DNA of 63,579 bases, filler included, from Anaerolineae bacterium (GTDB lineage Bacteria > Chloroflexota > Anaerolineae > Epilineales > Epilineaceae): assembly GCA_029262755.1 (NCBI GenBank). It is 6 parts of 6 records of this genome, joined end to end, with 100 filler letters (N's around TTAATTAATTAA, not from the genome) between each part and the next. Parts side by side here need not be neighbours in the genome. Positions count along the whole stretch, not along the records: positions 1 to 21,739 come from JAJCYU010000122.1; positions 21,840 to 30,524 come from JAJCYU010000123.1; positions 30,625 to 39,969 come from JAJCYU010000125.1; 3 more parts are not named here. The stretch is one strand, 5' to 3'. Below the pieces are notes generated by a model. That model ran no database searches and was not told the DNA's origin. It saw nothing but the letters and a program-made list of their open reading frames with translations. Numbering within the stretch: the first letter of the stretch is position 1; every line of letters starts with the position of its first letter. Of the stretch, positions 20,187-30,842 are shown in pieces. A program made the translations under genes and the position numbers.

Positions 20187-21739
20187 ATGTCCTCCAACAC
20201 TCCATGCACCATCAGAACTCCATGCACCACCAGAGCTTCCCTGAGCCGCCTGATACCCAGGCTCCTCCTTCTTGCCCTCTTCTGTACCGCCCCCGCGGCA
20301 GGCTGCTCCCGACTGACAGGCATCGTGGAGCCTCCGGACGATGGCTCCGGGCTGCTAATGGGTGACTATATGCCTGGCCCGGAGTCCATCGAGGAGCAGG
20401 TCGCAAACGCGGTGCGCGGCGGCGAGAGTATCCTCATCGGAACGATTCGAGTCGAAGGCGAGACGATCCATCCGACGCTCCACGACGTCATGGCAGCGGA
20501 GGACATCCTCGATGCACAACGCTTCGTCCTGGAGGAGTCGGGTGTTGACGTAGCGGCCACCTTTGGCCCGGAGGTCACTCCGGACCTTGAACAAGTGCGC
20601 GAGGTGGCGGAACCCTCCGTGTTCGATGCCTTCCTCAACGTCGAAGAGTACGTCGGCGGCCCCTACACCATCTATGAGCTCGAGGTCGAGCGCGTGCTGC
20701 ACGCGGCAGGCCTGCCGCCCGAAACCACCACGCTCCGGCTCAAGGGCCACCGGGAACGAAGCTGGCAGGCCTTCCAGAAGGACGATCGCGTTCTGCTCAT
20801 GGGCAGGATGGACGATGACGACTTCTTCGAGTTCTACGGCTACGCTGAGAATTACAGGCTTGACACTGCGCCCATTGAAGACCTGACGGGAGAGCCGGCC
20901 GCGCTGGCAATTCGCCAGGTCGGCGAGGGCCGAGGCACGGAGCGCCTCGATGCCCCAGGCCTGATCGCGGCCGTCGAGGCGGCGGTCGGCCCCAGCATTG
21001 CCGCGGCCAGAGCCACGGCCGCCGCGCCGACAGCGACGCCCTATCCAAGGAGCATCGGGAACCTGGCCGTTGTCGGGGGCGTAGGTGGCGGCGCACACGA
21101 CGCCTTCAACATTGTTGCGCAGTGGCAAGGGCGCTTGGTACTAGGTCTAGGGGCACGCCTGGCGGTGCTCGATATCGACGATCCTTCGGCGCCCCGCGTG
21201 ATCGGTGAGGGCGATCTGCTCCCCCGAGTAATCCGCGGTATCGCCCTGGACGGATCGGTCGCCTACGCGGCCCTCAGCGACCGGGGCGTCGGCATCGTCG
21301 ACCTCAGCCCGTCGGCAGGGCCAGAGACCGTCCACGTCGTCGAAAAAGCGCCGGCATCGTTGTGGCGGTGGCTGTGCGAGAGGGACATCTGTACGTCGTA
21401 GAGCAGGGAGATACGACCTCGCACCTGCGTCGCTTCGATCTCGGCGATCCGCTGCGTCCCGTCGAAGTCCACGCATTGCCGATCGAAGGCCCTTGCGGAA
21501 CCCTCGCGCTCGCCGGCGACGTCGCGGCGGTTGGATGCTCCCACCGCGGTATACAGCTCTTCGACCTCCGCGCAGGCGGACCTCGCGCCGCCGCACTCAT
21601 CCCCATGTCGCGAACATCGCTCTTTGACCTTGCGGCCGCGGGCGACACGATCTTCGCCGGCACGTATCCGGACACGCCCCTTCTGGCTTACAACGTTTCC
21701 GACCCTGATTCACCTGAGAAGATCGACCAGGCCGATCTC
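20187..21739 (+). CDS. Lipoprotein with LVIVD-type beta-propeller repeats; frameshift near 21343-21347; truncated at contig end
   Basis: AGGAG RBS; lipobox-like AAGC; repeats (LAVLDIDDPSAP, GVGIVDLS, FDLGDPLRP, YNVSDPDSP) continue in a second frame from about 21344. Confidence 0.7.
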
Positions 21740-21839
21740 NNNNNNNNNNNNNNNNNNNNNNNNNNNNNNNNNNNNNNNNNNNNTTAATTAATTAANNNNN
21801 NNNNNNNNNNNNNNNNNNNNNNNNNNNNNNNNNNNNNNN
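21740..21839. other. Artificial contig spacer
   Basis: N-run with central TTAATTAATTAA (stops in all six frames). Confidence 0.98.
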
Positions 21840-24800
21840 CGATGCGGCCCGCTTCGTCGAGCAGCTGCACCGTTACGTGGAGCGGCACGTCGGAGGCATC
21901 GACGGCCCGCCAGGCGAGCGTGACCGGCAGCGCGCCGCCCGCGGCCAGGAGATCGGCCGAGAGATCCGCGGGCGCGTCCACGCCGATGAGCACGCCGACG
22001 GCGCCAAACGGCACGTGGAACGAGCGGGTGAGTTGGGGGTCCTCGAAGCGCAGGTCGTCGCGCGTGCAGGGCAACACGTCAACCGTGCCGAGCTTCAATA
22101 TCGTCTCCGGGCCGAGATCGTAGCGCCGCTGACGGTCGAGCGTCGGCACGGTGCGGATTCGGACGCGCACGACGTGGAGCCCCGCGGCGCCGGCGCGAAT
22201 CGGAGCCCGCAAGCGATGTCGGATGACCGTGCCCTCCAGCCAGGTAGCACCGTCACCCGCCTGGAGAAGGGCGGCGCCGGGAGACGGCACGCGTTGCTCG
22301 CGCGACGCGGCGACGTCGCCGCGTCGCGCGTCGTCCGCGGTCAGCTCGAGCGTGACCAGGGCATCGCCGTGTAGGTCGGGGCCGGCCGTTCGCAGCCACG
22401 CCGTGTCTAGCTCGAGCACCTCGCCGCAGGTCAGCGAGAGCGGGCGATCGGACCGTCGTTCCGCGGCGGGGCGGGGGGAGCCGTCCGTGCGCGCCGCGTC
22501 GAAAGCGCCGTCGTCCGTCGCGGCTCCGTCGTCCGGCCGGACGTCGCTGCCGTCGCTGCTGCCCCCGAAGGCGACGATACCGGCATCGTCCAGCGTGCCG
22601 CCGCTCATTCCAACGCCGCTCATCCCGGTGTCGCCCAAGCCGCCGTCGCGCGCCTCGTTCGGATCGGCAACACCGATCAAACGCCACGTGGCGGGGAGCG
22701 CTTCGTGTCCGGTCGTGTCCGGGCGCACCACGGTGGCCTCCGGTGGAGCGTTTAGCGCGAGGGCCCGCCGCGCGGCGCTCTCGGAGCGAGGGAGCCACGG
22801 CTGGATGTCGACCGCGCCGACCTCCACCAGGGGGCCTCGCGCCGTGCCGTTCGGGTGAAAGGCGGAGAGTGCCGCGCCGTCCGTTCTCGTGTACAGGCCC
22901 ATGCGGACGGTGTAGCGGCCGGGCGGCGTGCCGGGCGGTGCGTCGAGGCGGAGGCGTTGGCTGGTCAGCTCGCCCGCACGCCAGGCGGTCGTGTCTCGAT
23001 TCGGCGAAGCCCGAAGCGGCCCGTCGACTTGTCGCCAGACCCGACCCTCCGCGTCGACGAGGCGTACGGTCAGCGCGAGCTCGTCCGCAATCGGTTTCTC
23101 CGCTGTGCGTTGCCATGCGCCGCGCACGGTCAGGCGCGTCACGCCGTCGGCATCGATCGGGTCGGCCCATAGCCCGGCGGCGAGCAAGGTGGGCCCGCCC
23201 GCGAAGCGCGCCATGCGCGGCGTGCCGGCGGGTGCTGACAACGAGCCCGCGGGGGCGAGATCGGAGGCGAGATCGGAGGCGGATCCTTCCGATGCGACCT
23301 CCGCCGCTTCGCCGCTACGGTCGCTTGCAACCACCGGATCCTGCCCCTGGCCACCCGCCGTGCCTCCTTCCCCGGCGGCGCCGTCATCGTATGGCAGGTA
23401 TACGGCGTATCGCTGCGGACCACGCTGCACATGGCCGGTCAGCGTGTAGCCGTCGGCGAGCCAGGCCTCGAAGGCGGCCTTGTCATCGCCCGATAGCTGG
23501 GCGAGGTGGCTCTCGGGGCTGTCCGCTTCGCGCAGCACGATGGCAGGACGGCGGCCGAGCGCGTCCAGCTCCGCCGCGATGCGCGCCCACGTGATCTGGC
23601 CGCTACGGATAGCGCCGCTGGACAGGGAGGCCGCGGAATAGGTGGTCGGGCGCTCCGCGTAGAAGTTCAGCTCGGAGTAATCGGAGAAGAGAATGTCGTC
23701 CGGCTCGGAGAGCAGGGCTGCCAGGTCGGCTACCTTGACCGTGCCGTCCTCTTCCCTGGCCCACGAATAGTCGCGGTCGAACAGGAACCAGGAGCCGAGG
23801 AAAGCGGCGAAGATCGCGGGCGCGAGCAGGAGCGCGAAGCGGTCGCCCGAGGCGCGCCCGATGGCGTGGAGTCGCACGACGGCCAAGCCCACCAGCGCCG
23901 CGATCGCCGGGGCGAGGAAGACCAGGTGACGGGGGTAGCGCTCCCTGGACATCACCAGCAGACCGAGCGCGACCGGAAGCTGCCAGCCCCACGCTAGGGC
24001 GCGTCGATCGCCGTCCCGCCACGCGCTGATCGCCATGGCGACGGCAACGGCCAGCGGCGCCGCGCGGCTCGCGTCCCGGACGAAGACGCCGAGCATCGCC
24101 CAGCCGCCGCGCAGGACCCGCCACGGGGACTGACCCGCGCCCTGGCGGAGGTGGTGCTCCACCGTCGCCTCGTACACCTCGTTGCTCAGCAGCGCGAAGC
24201 CGCCGAGACCAGCGCTGACCACGATGGCGAACGGCACGAGCGTCGCCGCCATGTCGCGCGTGACGGCCGGCCACGCGCGTGCGCGGCGCCGAGCGTCGTC
24301 GGCCAGCCACAGAACCAGTCCGGCGAGCGGGAAGACGGCGAAGAGTTTGGCCAGCGTGGCCAGCCCCACAAGGACGCCTGCCGCGGCCAGCCAACGCCGG
24401 TCCGGCGGGTCGTCGGCGTCGCGACGCGGGAAGGCGCCGCGCAGGAAGGCCCACAGGCCGCAGACGGTCAGGAAGAGCATCACTGCCTCGGAGCGGAAGC
24501 TGCGCGTGGCGGCGAAGACGTCCGGCTGCAGCAGCAGCAATGCACCGGCGACCAAGGCCGCCCAGGGGCCGTGCAAGCGCCGGACGGCCGCCCACAGCAC
24601 GACGGCGGCGCCGAGGGCGAGCAGCGCCATGGCGACGCGCGCCGCTTGGTCGTTGGGGCCCACCACGCGCATCAACCAGCCGCCCGGCATCAAGAAGGCA
24701 GGCAGTTGCGGCGTCAGAAAATCGCGATAGGGCAACTCGCCGAGCGCGATGCGCCAGGCCGCATAGAGATAGCTACCCTCGTCGTCGTTGATCCGCCAGC

Positions 24801-24933
24801 GATCGAGCCCGGTGAGGTACAGGGCCGCGATGCGCAGCAGGAGCAACAAGGCCAGGCCGTCCGGCAACAGGGCCGTGACCGTGCGGGGCATGGTCCCGCG
24901 GAGGCCGCCCCCCGCGGGGCGATCGGCCTTCAC
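21840..24933 (-). CDS. ArnT/PMT-family (GT-C) glycosyltransferase with C-terminal extracellular domains; 3' truncated
   Basis: NDDEGSYLYAAW..GELPYRDF..PQLP, LATLAKL, many TM helices; TTAWRAGE...PPGTPPGRYTVRMGLY domain. Confidence 0.8.
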
Positions 24934-24956
24934 GCTCGGCGCCGTGGCGTCGGGCC

Positions 24957-27266
24957 CTACGGTGCGTCCCCGGCCTCGAGCACCGCGAGCTCCGCGTACG
25001 TGATGCCGAGCGGCATGGTCCCGATCACGCGCAGCGCGCCGGGCGAGAGTGCCACGCGGTCCAGCGGGCGGGGCGAACGGGGCTCGCGCAGATAGTCCAT
25101 GCCGCGATTGAACGACCAGTACGCGCCGTCGCCGGTTGCGGCCACGAAGATGCCGGTGAGCGAGGGCTCGCGCCGCACCGCGCCCTCGAGCGACCCGATG
25201 TCACGTGCGCTCATCCGCGGCACGCGCCGCCAGTCGGCTCCGCCGTCCTCGGATGCGAACATGCCGTTCGTGGTGCCGACCGCGATGCGCAGATCTTCGG
25301 ACGGGTCCACCGCGATCGCCGCGATGGCCAGCACCGGGCGATCGCGTACCTGATTGTGGCTGATGGCCGCCCACGTGTCGCCGCCATCCCTCGAGACCAA
25401 CACGCCTGTGCCTTCGTCCGGCTCCGCGGTGAGGTAGCCACCGGCCAGGATCAACGAGTCGTTCGCAAAGCGCGGCGAGAAGGCCGCGGCGCGCAGATCC
25501 CAGTCCTCGGCGCCGGGCAAGGCTTGCCAGCTCGCGCCGCGGTCCGAGGAGCGGTGCCCGCCGGCCATCATGCGGCCATCCTGTGCAAAGTCGGGCGAGA
25601 AGGCCACGTAGCGCGCGCCGGCTGGTCCGCTCGTGGCGGTCCAAGCGGTACCGCCATCGCGGCTGACCCACAGGCCGTCCGCCGTGGCGGCGAAGACCGT
25701 GCGGTCCGAGGCGTAGGCGGGGGAAACGCCGAGCGCTAGGATGGCGCCGCGTTCCCCACGCGGCAACGCGCTCTCGACGCGGGTCCACGACGCGCCGGCG
25801 TCTTCGCTGCGGAACAATCCGGAGCGCTGGCTGCCTACCAGGGCCGACTCATCGTCCAAGAAGGTGACCGTGCTCGGGCGTGCGTTGCGCAGGCCGGGCA
25901 GCGCGGACGTGCGGTCCCACGTGCGGCCCAGATCGGCGGACGACCATACCCCGGCGCCGTTCGTGCCGATCGTGATCTCGCGGCGCAGAACGATCGGCGT
26001 CACGTGCACGAAATCGGAGGGCACGGGCGGGTCGGCTTCCGGGTCACCGGTGAAGTCGAAGCCGGAATAGACGTTGGGCAGGAAGATGTGCTCGGTCAGG
26101 GTCGGGCTCTGACGCGGCGGCTTGCGGTCCGGGCCGGGCCGGTGCCAGAAGTCGACCGCGAGCACCACCGCGGTGCCCTCGAGGCCGCTGGCGCCGGCGA
26201 TCGGCCGCCAGCTATCGCCGCCGTCCTCGCTGATCGCACCGATGGCGCCGCCCGCCGTGCTCGGGCGACCCGCGACGACGATGACGGGATCGGCCGGCCA
26301 ACCCTCCGATACCGCGACATCGTGGATGGCGGCCAGGCCGGCGGGCAGGCCGAAGGAGCGCCAACTCATGCCTTGATCCGGGGTCACCCAAAGTCCGGCG
26401 GGCGTCCACGCGAAGACATCCTCGACCTCGGGGTCGATCTTGCGGGCCGGATCGTCGCCGAATTCGGCGGGCACCAAGATGCCTTGGTGCTGCACGGGTC
26501 CCTGCGACGGGCCGAAGACCGGCCCGCCCGCGCCGACGCCGCGGCCCTCGCTCCACTCCTGGCCGGCGTTGGTGGACACGTGGAAGCCGGCGTTCGTGCC
26601 GGCGAACACGGTTTCGTCGGTCGGGAAGAGGGGCGAGAAGCCCACCGCACCGACCATGGGCTGCGCGCCGCGCGCGATCACGACTTCCGTCCAACGCGAG
26701 CCGCTGTCCGACGTGCGCCACAGGCGGCCGTCGGCCTCGAAGATGGCGTAGGCCTGCTGCTCCTGATCGAAGTCAGGCGAAACGGCCGCGATGTGGTACG
26801 GCGTCTGGTCGCCCACGCGCATGACGGACCAGCTGCGCCCGCCGTTGAAGGTGCGACGCCCGACGCCTTCACTGTCCGTGACGAACGCGGTCTCCGCGGA
26901 GGCCGCGACGACCTGCTGGCTGTCGGGAAAGTCGCGCGGGGCCATCGTCCACGTGATACCGCGCGTGCTCACGAAGATGCCGTTGCCGGTACCCCAGATG
27001 CGCTGCGTGTCCTGGGCGTCCGGTCGGGTATCCGGCACGACCGCGAGATCGCGAATCGGACCGCCGTAGAGCGTTGCCATTCCCCACGCGGGTGCCGGGG
27101 TCGCGGTTGGCGCGGGGGTCGGATCTTCCTGCGCCTGCGCCGCGCGCGGTGTGGTCGTCGCGGTCGCCGTGGCGAAGGCGACCAGGATCAGAGCGGCGAC
27201 GAGCAGCGCCGGCGCGCATCGTGCGCAGGACCGCAGGGATGCGAAGAGATCGGGACGAGCGCGCAT
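24957..27266 (-). CDS. Secreted BNR/Asp-box (sialidase/VPS10-like) beta-propeller protein
   Basis: Signal peptide ending AQA; repeated SxDxGxTW boxes; repeated (F/V)SPxFxxD; internal HIFLP motif. Confidence 0.85.
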   Translation of the reverse strand: MRARPDLFASLRSCARCAPALLVAALILVAFATATATTTPRAAQAQEDPTPAPTATPAPAWGMATLYGGPIRDLAVVPDTRPDAQDTQRIWGTGNGIFVSTRGITWTMAPRDFPDSQQVVAASAETAFVTDSEGVGRRTFNGGRSWSVMRVGDQTPYHIAAVSPDFDQEQQAYAIFEADGRLWRTSDSGSRWTEVVIARGAQPMVGAVGFSPLFPTDETVFAGTNAGFHVSTNAGQEWSEGRGVGAGGPVFGPSQGPVQHQGILVPAEFGDDPARKIDPEVEDVFAWTPAGLWVTPDQGMSWRSFGLPAGLAAIHDVAVSEGWPADPVIVVAGRPSTAGGAIGAISEDGGDSWRPIAGASGLEGTAVVLAVDFWHRPGPDRKPPRQSPTLTEHIFLPNVYSGFDFTGDPEADPPVPSDFVHVTPIVLRREITIGTNGAGVWSSADLGRTWDRTSALPGLRNARPSTVTFLDDESALVGSQRSGLFRSEDAGASWTRVESALPRGERGAILALGVSPAYASDRTVFAATADGLWVSRDGGTAWTATSGPAGARYVAFSPDFAQDGRMMAGGHRSSDRGASWQALPGAEDWDLRAAAFSPRFANDSLILAGGYLTAEPDEGTGVLVSRDGGDTWAAISHNQVRDRPVLAIAAIAVDPSEDLRIAVGTTNGMFASEDGGADWRRVPRMSARDIGSLEGAVRREPSLTGIFVAATGDGAYWSFNRGMDYLREPRSPRPLDRVALSPGALRVIGTMPLGITYAELAVLEAGDAP

Positions 27267-27319
27267 GCTTCCTCCTCCTGGCCCGGCGTAGCCGGACGGT
27301 TGCTACGGCGCCGTTGCGG

Positions 27320-28465
27320 TCAGCGGGCCGGTGCGTCGTCGCCGTCGAGAACCTCGCGGACGGCGTAGATCGGCTTGTTCTGGGCCTCGTGGTACGCGCG
27401 TACCAAAAGCTCGCCCAGGAAACCCATCGACAAGAACTGCACTCCCAAGATCAACAGCAGCACCGCAAGCAGCAGCAAGGGGCGGTCGCCGATGTCCTGG
27501 CCCCCGAAGAGCTTGACCACGCTGAGGTAGAGCCCGACGAGAACGCCGAGCCCGCCGGTCAGGATGCCTAGCCCACCGAAGATGTGGATGGGGCGGGTGC
27601 CGTAGTTGCGCAGAAAATAGAGCGTGAGCAGGTCGAGCAGCACCCGCGGTGCGCGGGCGAGGCCGAGACCGTACTTCGAGGTGCCATGGGCACGCTCGTG
27701 GTCGCGCACGGGCACCTGCGAGATCGTGACGCCGTATGTTCCGGCCACGGCGGGGATGAAGCGATGCAAGTTCCCGTACAGATGGATGTTCTTCACGACG
27801 TCGGAGCGGTATGCCTTCAACGAGCAGCCCGTGTCGCGCAGATGGACGCCGGTCAACGAGCGCATGACGCGGTTGCCGAACATGGACGGAATGCGCCGTA
27901 GCAACAGGGGCTCTTTGCGATCCTTGCGCCAACCGCTGACGATGTCGAAGTTCCCGCGCTCCATCTCCGCGAGCAGGGCGCCGATATCGTCCGGGTCGTT
28001 CTGCAGGTCGGCATCCATCGTCACGACGATGTCGCCGCGCGCGGCGTCGAAGCCGGCGGCAAAGGCCGGCGTCTGGCCGAAGTTGCGCCGAAACTGGATC
28101 ACGACGAAGCGCGGCTCCGCTTCGTGGAGCGCGCGAAGGGCCTCGAAAGACCCGTCGGTCGATCCGTCGTCGACGATCACGACCTCCCAGCGCCGCCCCA
28201 ACTGCTCCAGCGATTCGCGCAAGCGCCGTCCGAGCTCCGGCACGGTCTCGACCTCGTTGAACAGCGGGATGACCACGCTGATCTCGGGTCGCTCGCCTTC
28301 GTTGGGCGAAAGGTGCACGGGGTTCGCGCCGCGACGTTGTGCAGTACCGTGGGTCTTGGCGGCCACCGTCGAGGGTGCCCGCTCCGCCTGAGACTCACTG
28401 CCGGGCACGGGTACGGGAACCGGTACTTGTGCCGGTACCGGCTTGGGCGAGGAAGTGGAGGTCAC
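27320..28465 (-). CDS. GT2 polyprenyl-phosphate glycosyltransferase (ArnC/GtrB-like)
   Basis: SVVIPLFNE, VDDGSTD, RRNFGQTPA, MDADLQNDP, DTGCSLKAY, LHRFIP, two C-terminal TMs. GTG 28465 overlaps the epimerase stop. Confidence 0.92.
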   Translation of the reverse strand: MTSTSSPKPVPAQVPVPVPVPGSESQAERAPSTVAAKTHGTAQRRGANPVHLSPNEGERPEISVVIPLFNEVETVPELGRRLRESLEQLGRRWEVVIVDDGSTDGSFEALRALHEAEPRFVVIQFRRNFGQTPAFAAGFDAARGDIVVTMDADLQNDPDDIGALLAEMERGNFDIVSGWRKDRKEPLLLRRIPSMFGNRVMRSLTGVHLRDTGCSLKAYRSDVVKNIHLYGNLHRFIPAVAGTYGVTISQVPVRDHERAHGTSKYGLGLARAPRVLLDLLTLYFLRNYGTRPIHIFGGLGILTGGLGVLVGLYLSVVKLFGGQDIGDRPLLLLAVLLLILGVQFLSMGFLGELLVRAYHEAQNKPIYAVREVLDGDDAPAR

Positions 28466-29460
28466 GAGCTGCGCTCCTCGGCGACACCCGGGACGGCCGG
28501 CAACGCCAGCCGTTCCTGGATCCATGCGACCTGGGCACGCAAACCGGCCTCGACGCTCGAGGAAGGCTCCCAATCGAAGCGGGCACGCGCTTTGGATGTA
28601 TCGGCCAGTGCGTGCGCTTGCTCGCCCGCACGCGGCGGGCCGAAGCGCAGCCGCGCTTCGCGACCGGTGATGCGCTCGATCATCCGCACGACATCCAAGG
28701 CGGAGACGACCTCGCCGCCGCCGATGTTGAAGACCTCGCCCGTGGGGCCGGCGTACGCGACGCGCACGGTGGCCTCCACGCAATCGTCGATGTAGGTGTT
28801 GCCGCGCGTCTGCGTGCCGTCCCCGTCGATCGTAATTTCTTCTCCGCGCAGAATGCGCTCGATGAAGATCGTGTAGCCCATGTCGGGACGCTGGCGCGGT
28901 CCGAAGATCGAGAAGTAGCGCAGCACCGTGACGGGCAGATCGAAGTTGCGGTGGTAGGCCAGCACCAGGTTCTCTGCGGCCAGCTTCGTGACGCCGTAGG
29001 GTGAGTCGGGCCGCGTGGGCCGTGTCTCGTCACCTGAGGACTCGCGGCCGTACACCGACGACGTCGAGACGTGGACCATATTGCCCACTCCGACCGAGCG
29101 CGCTGCGTCCAACAAGCGCTGCGTAGCCAAGACGTTGCAGCTGAGGTAGGTCTCGAACTCCGTCCACGAACGGCGCAAGCCGCCCATCGCTGCTTCGTGG
29201 ATCAGGATGTCGGCGCCTTCGAGGATCGGCGCAAGCTCCGCGTCGCGGAGATCCGCCTCCGCCAACCGAAATCGTGGGTTGGCCAGCGCACGCTTGAGGT
29301 TGCGTTCTTTGATCGGGCGCGGGTAGTAGTCGGTAAAGCAATCGACGCCCACGACCTCGTGGCCGTCGGCGAGCAGCCGATCGACCACGTGGCTGCCGAT
29401 GAAACCCGCTGCGCCGGTGACGACGCAGCGTTGCCCGCGCGGGGCCTGGGAATTGGACAT
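28462..29460 (-). CDS. NAD-dependent nucleotide-sugar epimerase (UDP-glucuronate 4-epimerase/GalE-like)
   Basis: TGAAGFIGSH, STSSVYG, YGVTK, GPRQRPDM. Confidence 0.92.
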   Translation of the reverse strand: MSNSQAPRGQRCVVTGAAGFIGSHVVDRLLADGHEVVGVDCFTDYYPRPIKERNLKRALANPRFRLAEADLRDAELAPILEGADILIHEAAMGGLRRSWTEFETYLSCNVLATQRLLDAARSVGVGNMVHVSTSSVYGRESSGDETRPTRPDSPYGVTKLAAENLVLAYHRNFDLPVTVLRYFSIFGPRQRPDMGYTIFIERILRGEEITIDGDGTQTRGNTYIDDCVEATVRVAYAGPTGEVFNIGGGEVVSALDVVRMIERITGREARLRFGPPRAGEQAHALADTSKARARFDWEPSSSVEAGLRAQVAWIQERLALPAVPGVAEERSS

Positions 29461-29649
29461 AGGCCGGACATTCTACCGTCTACACCCAGGGCCTGCCAGG
29501 GAGGGAGGCCCTACGCCCTGTCGCCGGGACCCCTGTGATTCCCCGCTGTGACACCCTTGTGACAACCCCGGGCCTAAACTGGGAACGAGGACACGGTGCC
29601 GACGTACAGTAGGGAGACCCGCGGGGAGAGCGGGTAAGGAGAGGGCACC

Positions 29650-30054
29650 ATGACGGGGAAGCGTACAACGCGAACGACGATCGCAGGCGGATGTCCGCCC
29701 TACCAACAAGATCCGCCCGGCCTGCCACGGCCAGACGTGATCCGCGGCTGGGTGGTGTTTCACGACGACGAGGTCGCCGGCCCGGGCAACCCGCGGGCGG
29801 ATATCCTCGTCGACTTGAAGCGCCGATCGCCCTACCACGCATACGAGACGGTGCAGACCGTTCGCACGCGTTCGGTGGACGGTGGCATGCCGCAGTTTCA
29901 ATTCACGCTCTACCAGCCAGGCGACTACATCGTGTGCGTGCACACGGAGCAAGCGGCACTTCTGGGTTACCGGTCGCCCGCGCCGTTCACGGTGGTCTCG
30001 TTGACCTGCGGCGTGACCACGGAGGTCGAGTTTCACCTGCAACCGCGGCCCTGA
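29650..30054 (+). CDS. Hypothetical protein
   Basis: 134-aa ORF after AAGGAGAGG; beta-rich, no recognisable motif. Confidence 0.55.
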   Translation: MTGKRTTRTTIAGGCPPYQQDPPGLPRPDVIRGWVVFHDDEVAGPGNPRADILVDLKRRSPYHAYETVQTVRTRSVDGGMPQFQFTLYQPGDYIVCVHTEQAALLGYRSPAPFTVVSLTCGVTTEVEFHLQPRP

Positions 30055-30145
30055 GCCGCGGGGTAGGACGCGCGCCAACGGGAACGAGGCGCGGCATTGC
30101 GTTCACGGACCGTTCTATCGGTCCAACATCGATGGGGGGAAGCAC

Positions 30146-30524
30146 ATGCTGAAGAAGAAGAGTTCGACGAGTTCGGTATTGCGGACGGTTGTGGGTTGGG
30201 GGGTAGTTGGCGCCGTTGCGGCGCGTTGGCTCTCGCGGCTGATGCCGCCGGGGACGACGCCCGATAGTCTGATCGTGACGGTGGAAGGTCCTCCGCTAGG
30301 CGAAGGGGCCGACGTACCGTGGACCGACGTGCAGATCACGATCAACGGTCCGTCGGGGACACAGACAGCCATGACCAACACCGCGGCCTTCCCGGTTACG
30401 TTGACTGCTTCCGGGACGTACACGATCAACGTGAGCGATGTGAGTGCCGCAAAAGACGCGGCCAATGCCCCGGTCAACTTACAGCTTCATCCAGGCAGCT
30501 ATGTAAACTGGACGCAAATTACGA
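30146..30524 (+). CDS. Secreted/membrane hypothetical protein, 3' truncated
   Basis: Basic N-terminus plus hydrophobic stretch, then Ig-like beta strands (GTYTINVSD). Confidence 0.5.
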
Positions 30525-30624
30525 NNNNNNNNNNNNNNNNNNNNNNNNNNNNNNNNNNNNNNNNNNNNTTAATTAATTAANNNNNNNNNNNNNNNNNNNN
30601 NNNNNNNNNNNNNNNNNNNNNNNN
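30525..30624. other. Artificial contig spacer
   Basis: N-run with TTAATTAATTAA. Confidence 0.98.
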
Positions 30625-30626
30625 CG

Positions 30627-30788
30627 GTCGCATGGTACAGTGACCTGGATGGCCTCCTTACTCAGGGGTACTCTGCGAATACCACCGCGCTCTCAGTCGG
30701 CACGCATCAGATTGAGTTTCGCGTGACGGACTCTGAGAACAGTGCGACAAGCGCATTTGCCACTATTGAGATTCAGTCAACACCATAG
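30627..30788 (+). CDS. C-terminal PKD/Ig-like domain fragment (5' truncated)
   Basis: Manual translation VAWYSDLDGLLTQG...LSVGTHQIEFRVTDSENSATSAFATIEIQSTP*. Confidence 0.6.
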   Translation, partial: VAWYSDLDGLLTQGYSANTTALSVGTHQIEFRVTDSENSATSAFATIEIQSTP

Positions 30789-30842
30789 GAGGACGAATAT
30801 GCTTGGCACTGATCGTCCCAGCCCAGCTGATGCCATAGTGCT

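Noticed and set aside
20198..20235. 18-bp tandem duplication CTCCATGCACCA(T/C)CAGA
   Set aside because: Only two in-frame copies in a signal-peptide N-region; no sign of function.
21784..21795. TTAATTAATTAA motif recurring five times within N-runs
   Set aside because: Artificial contig-joining linker, not a biological repeat; ORFs ending in it are truncations.
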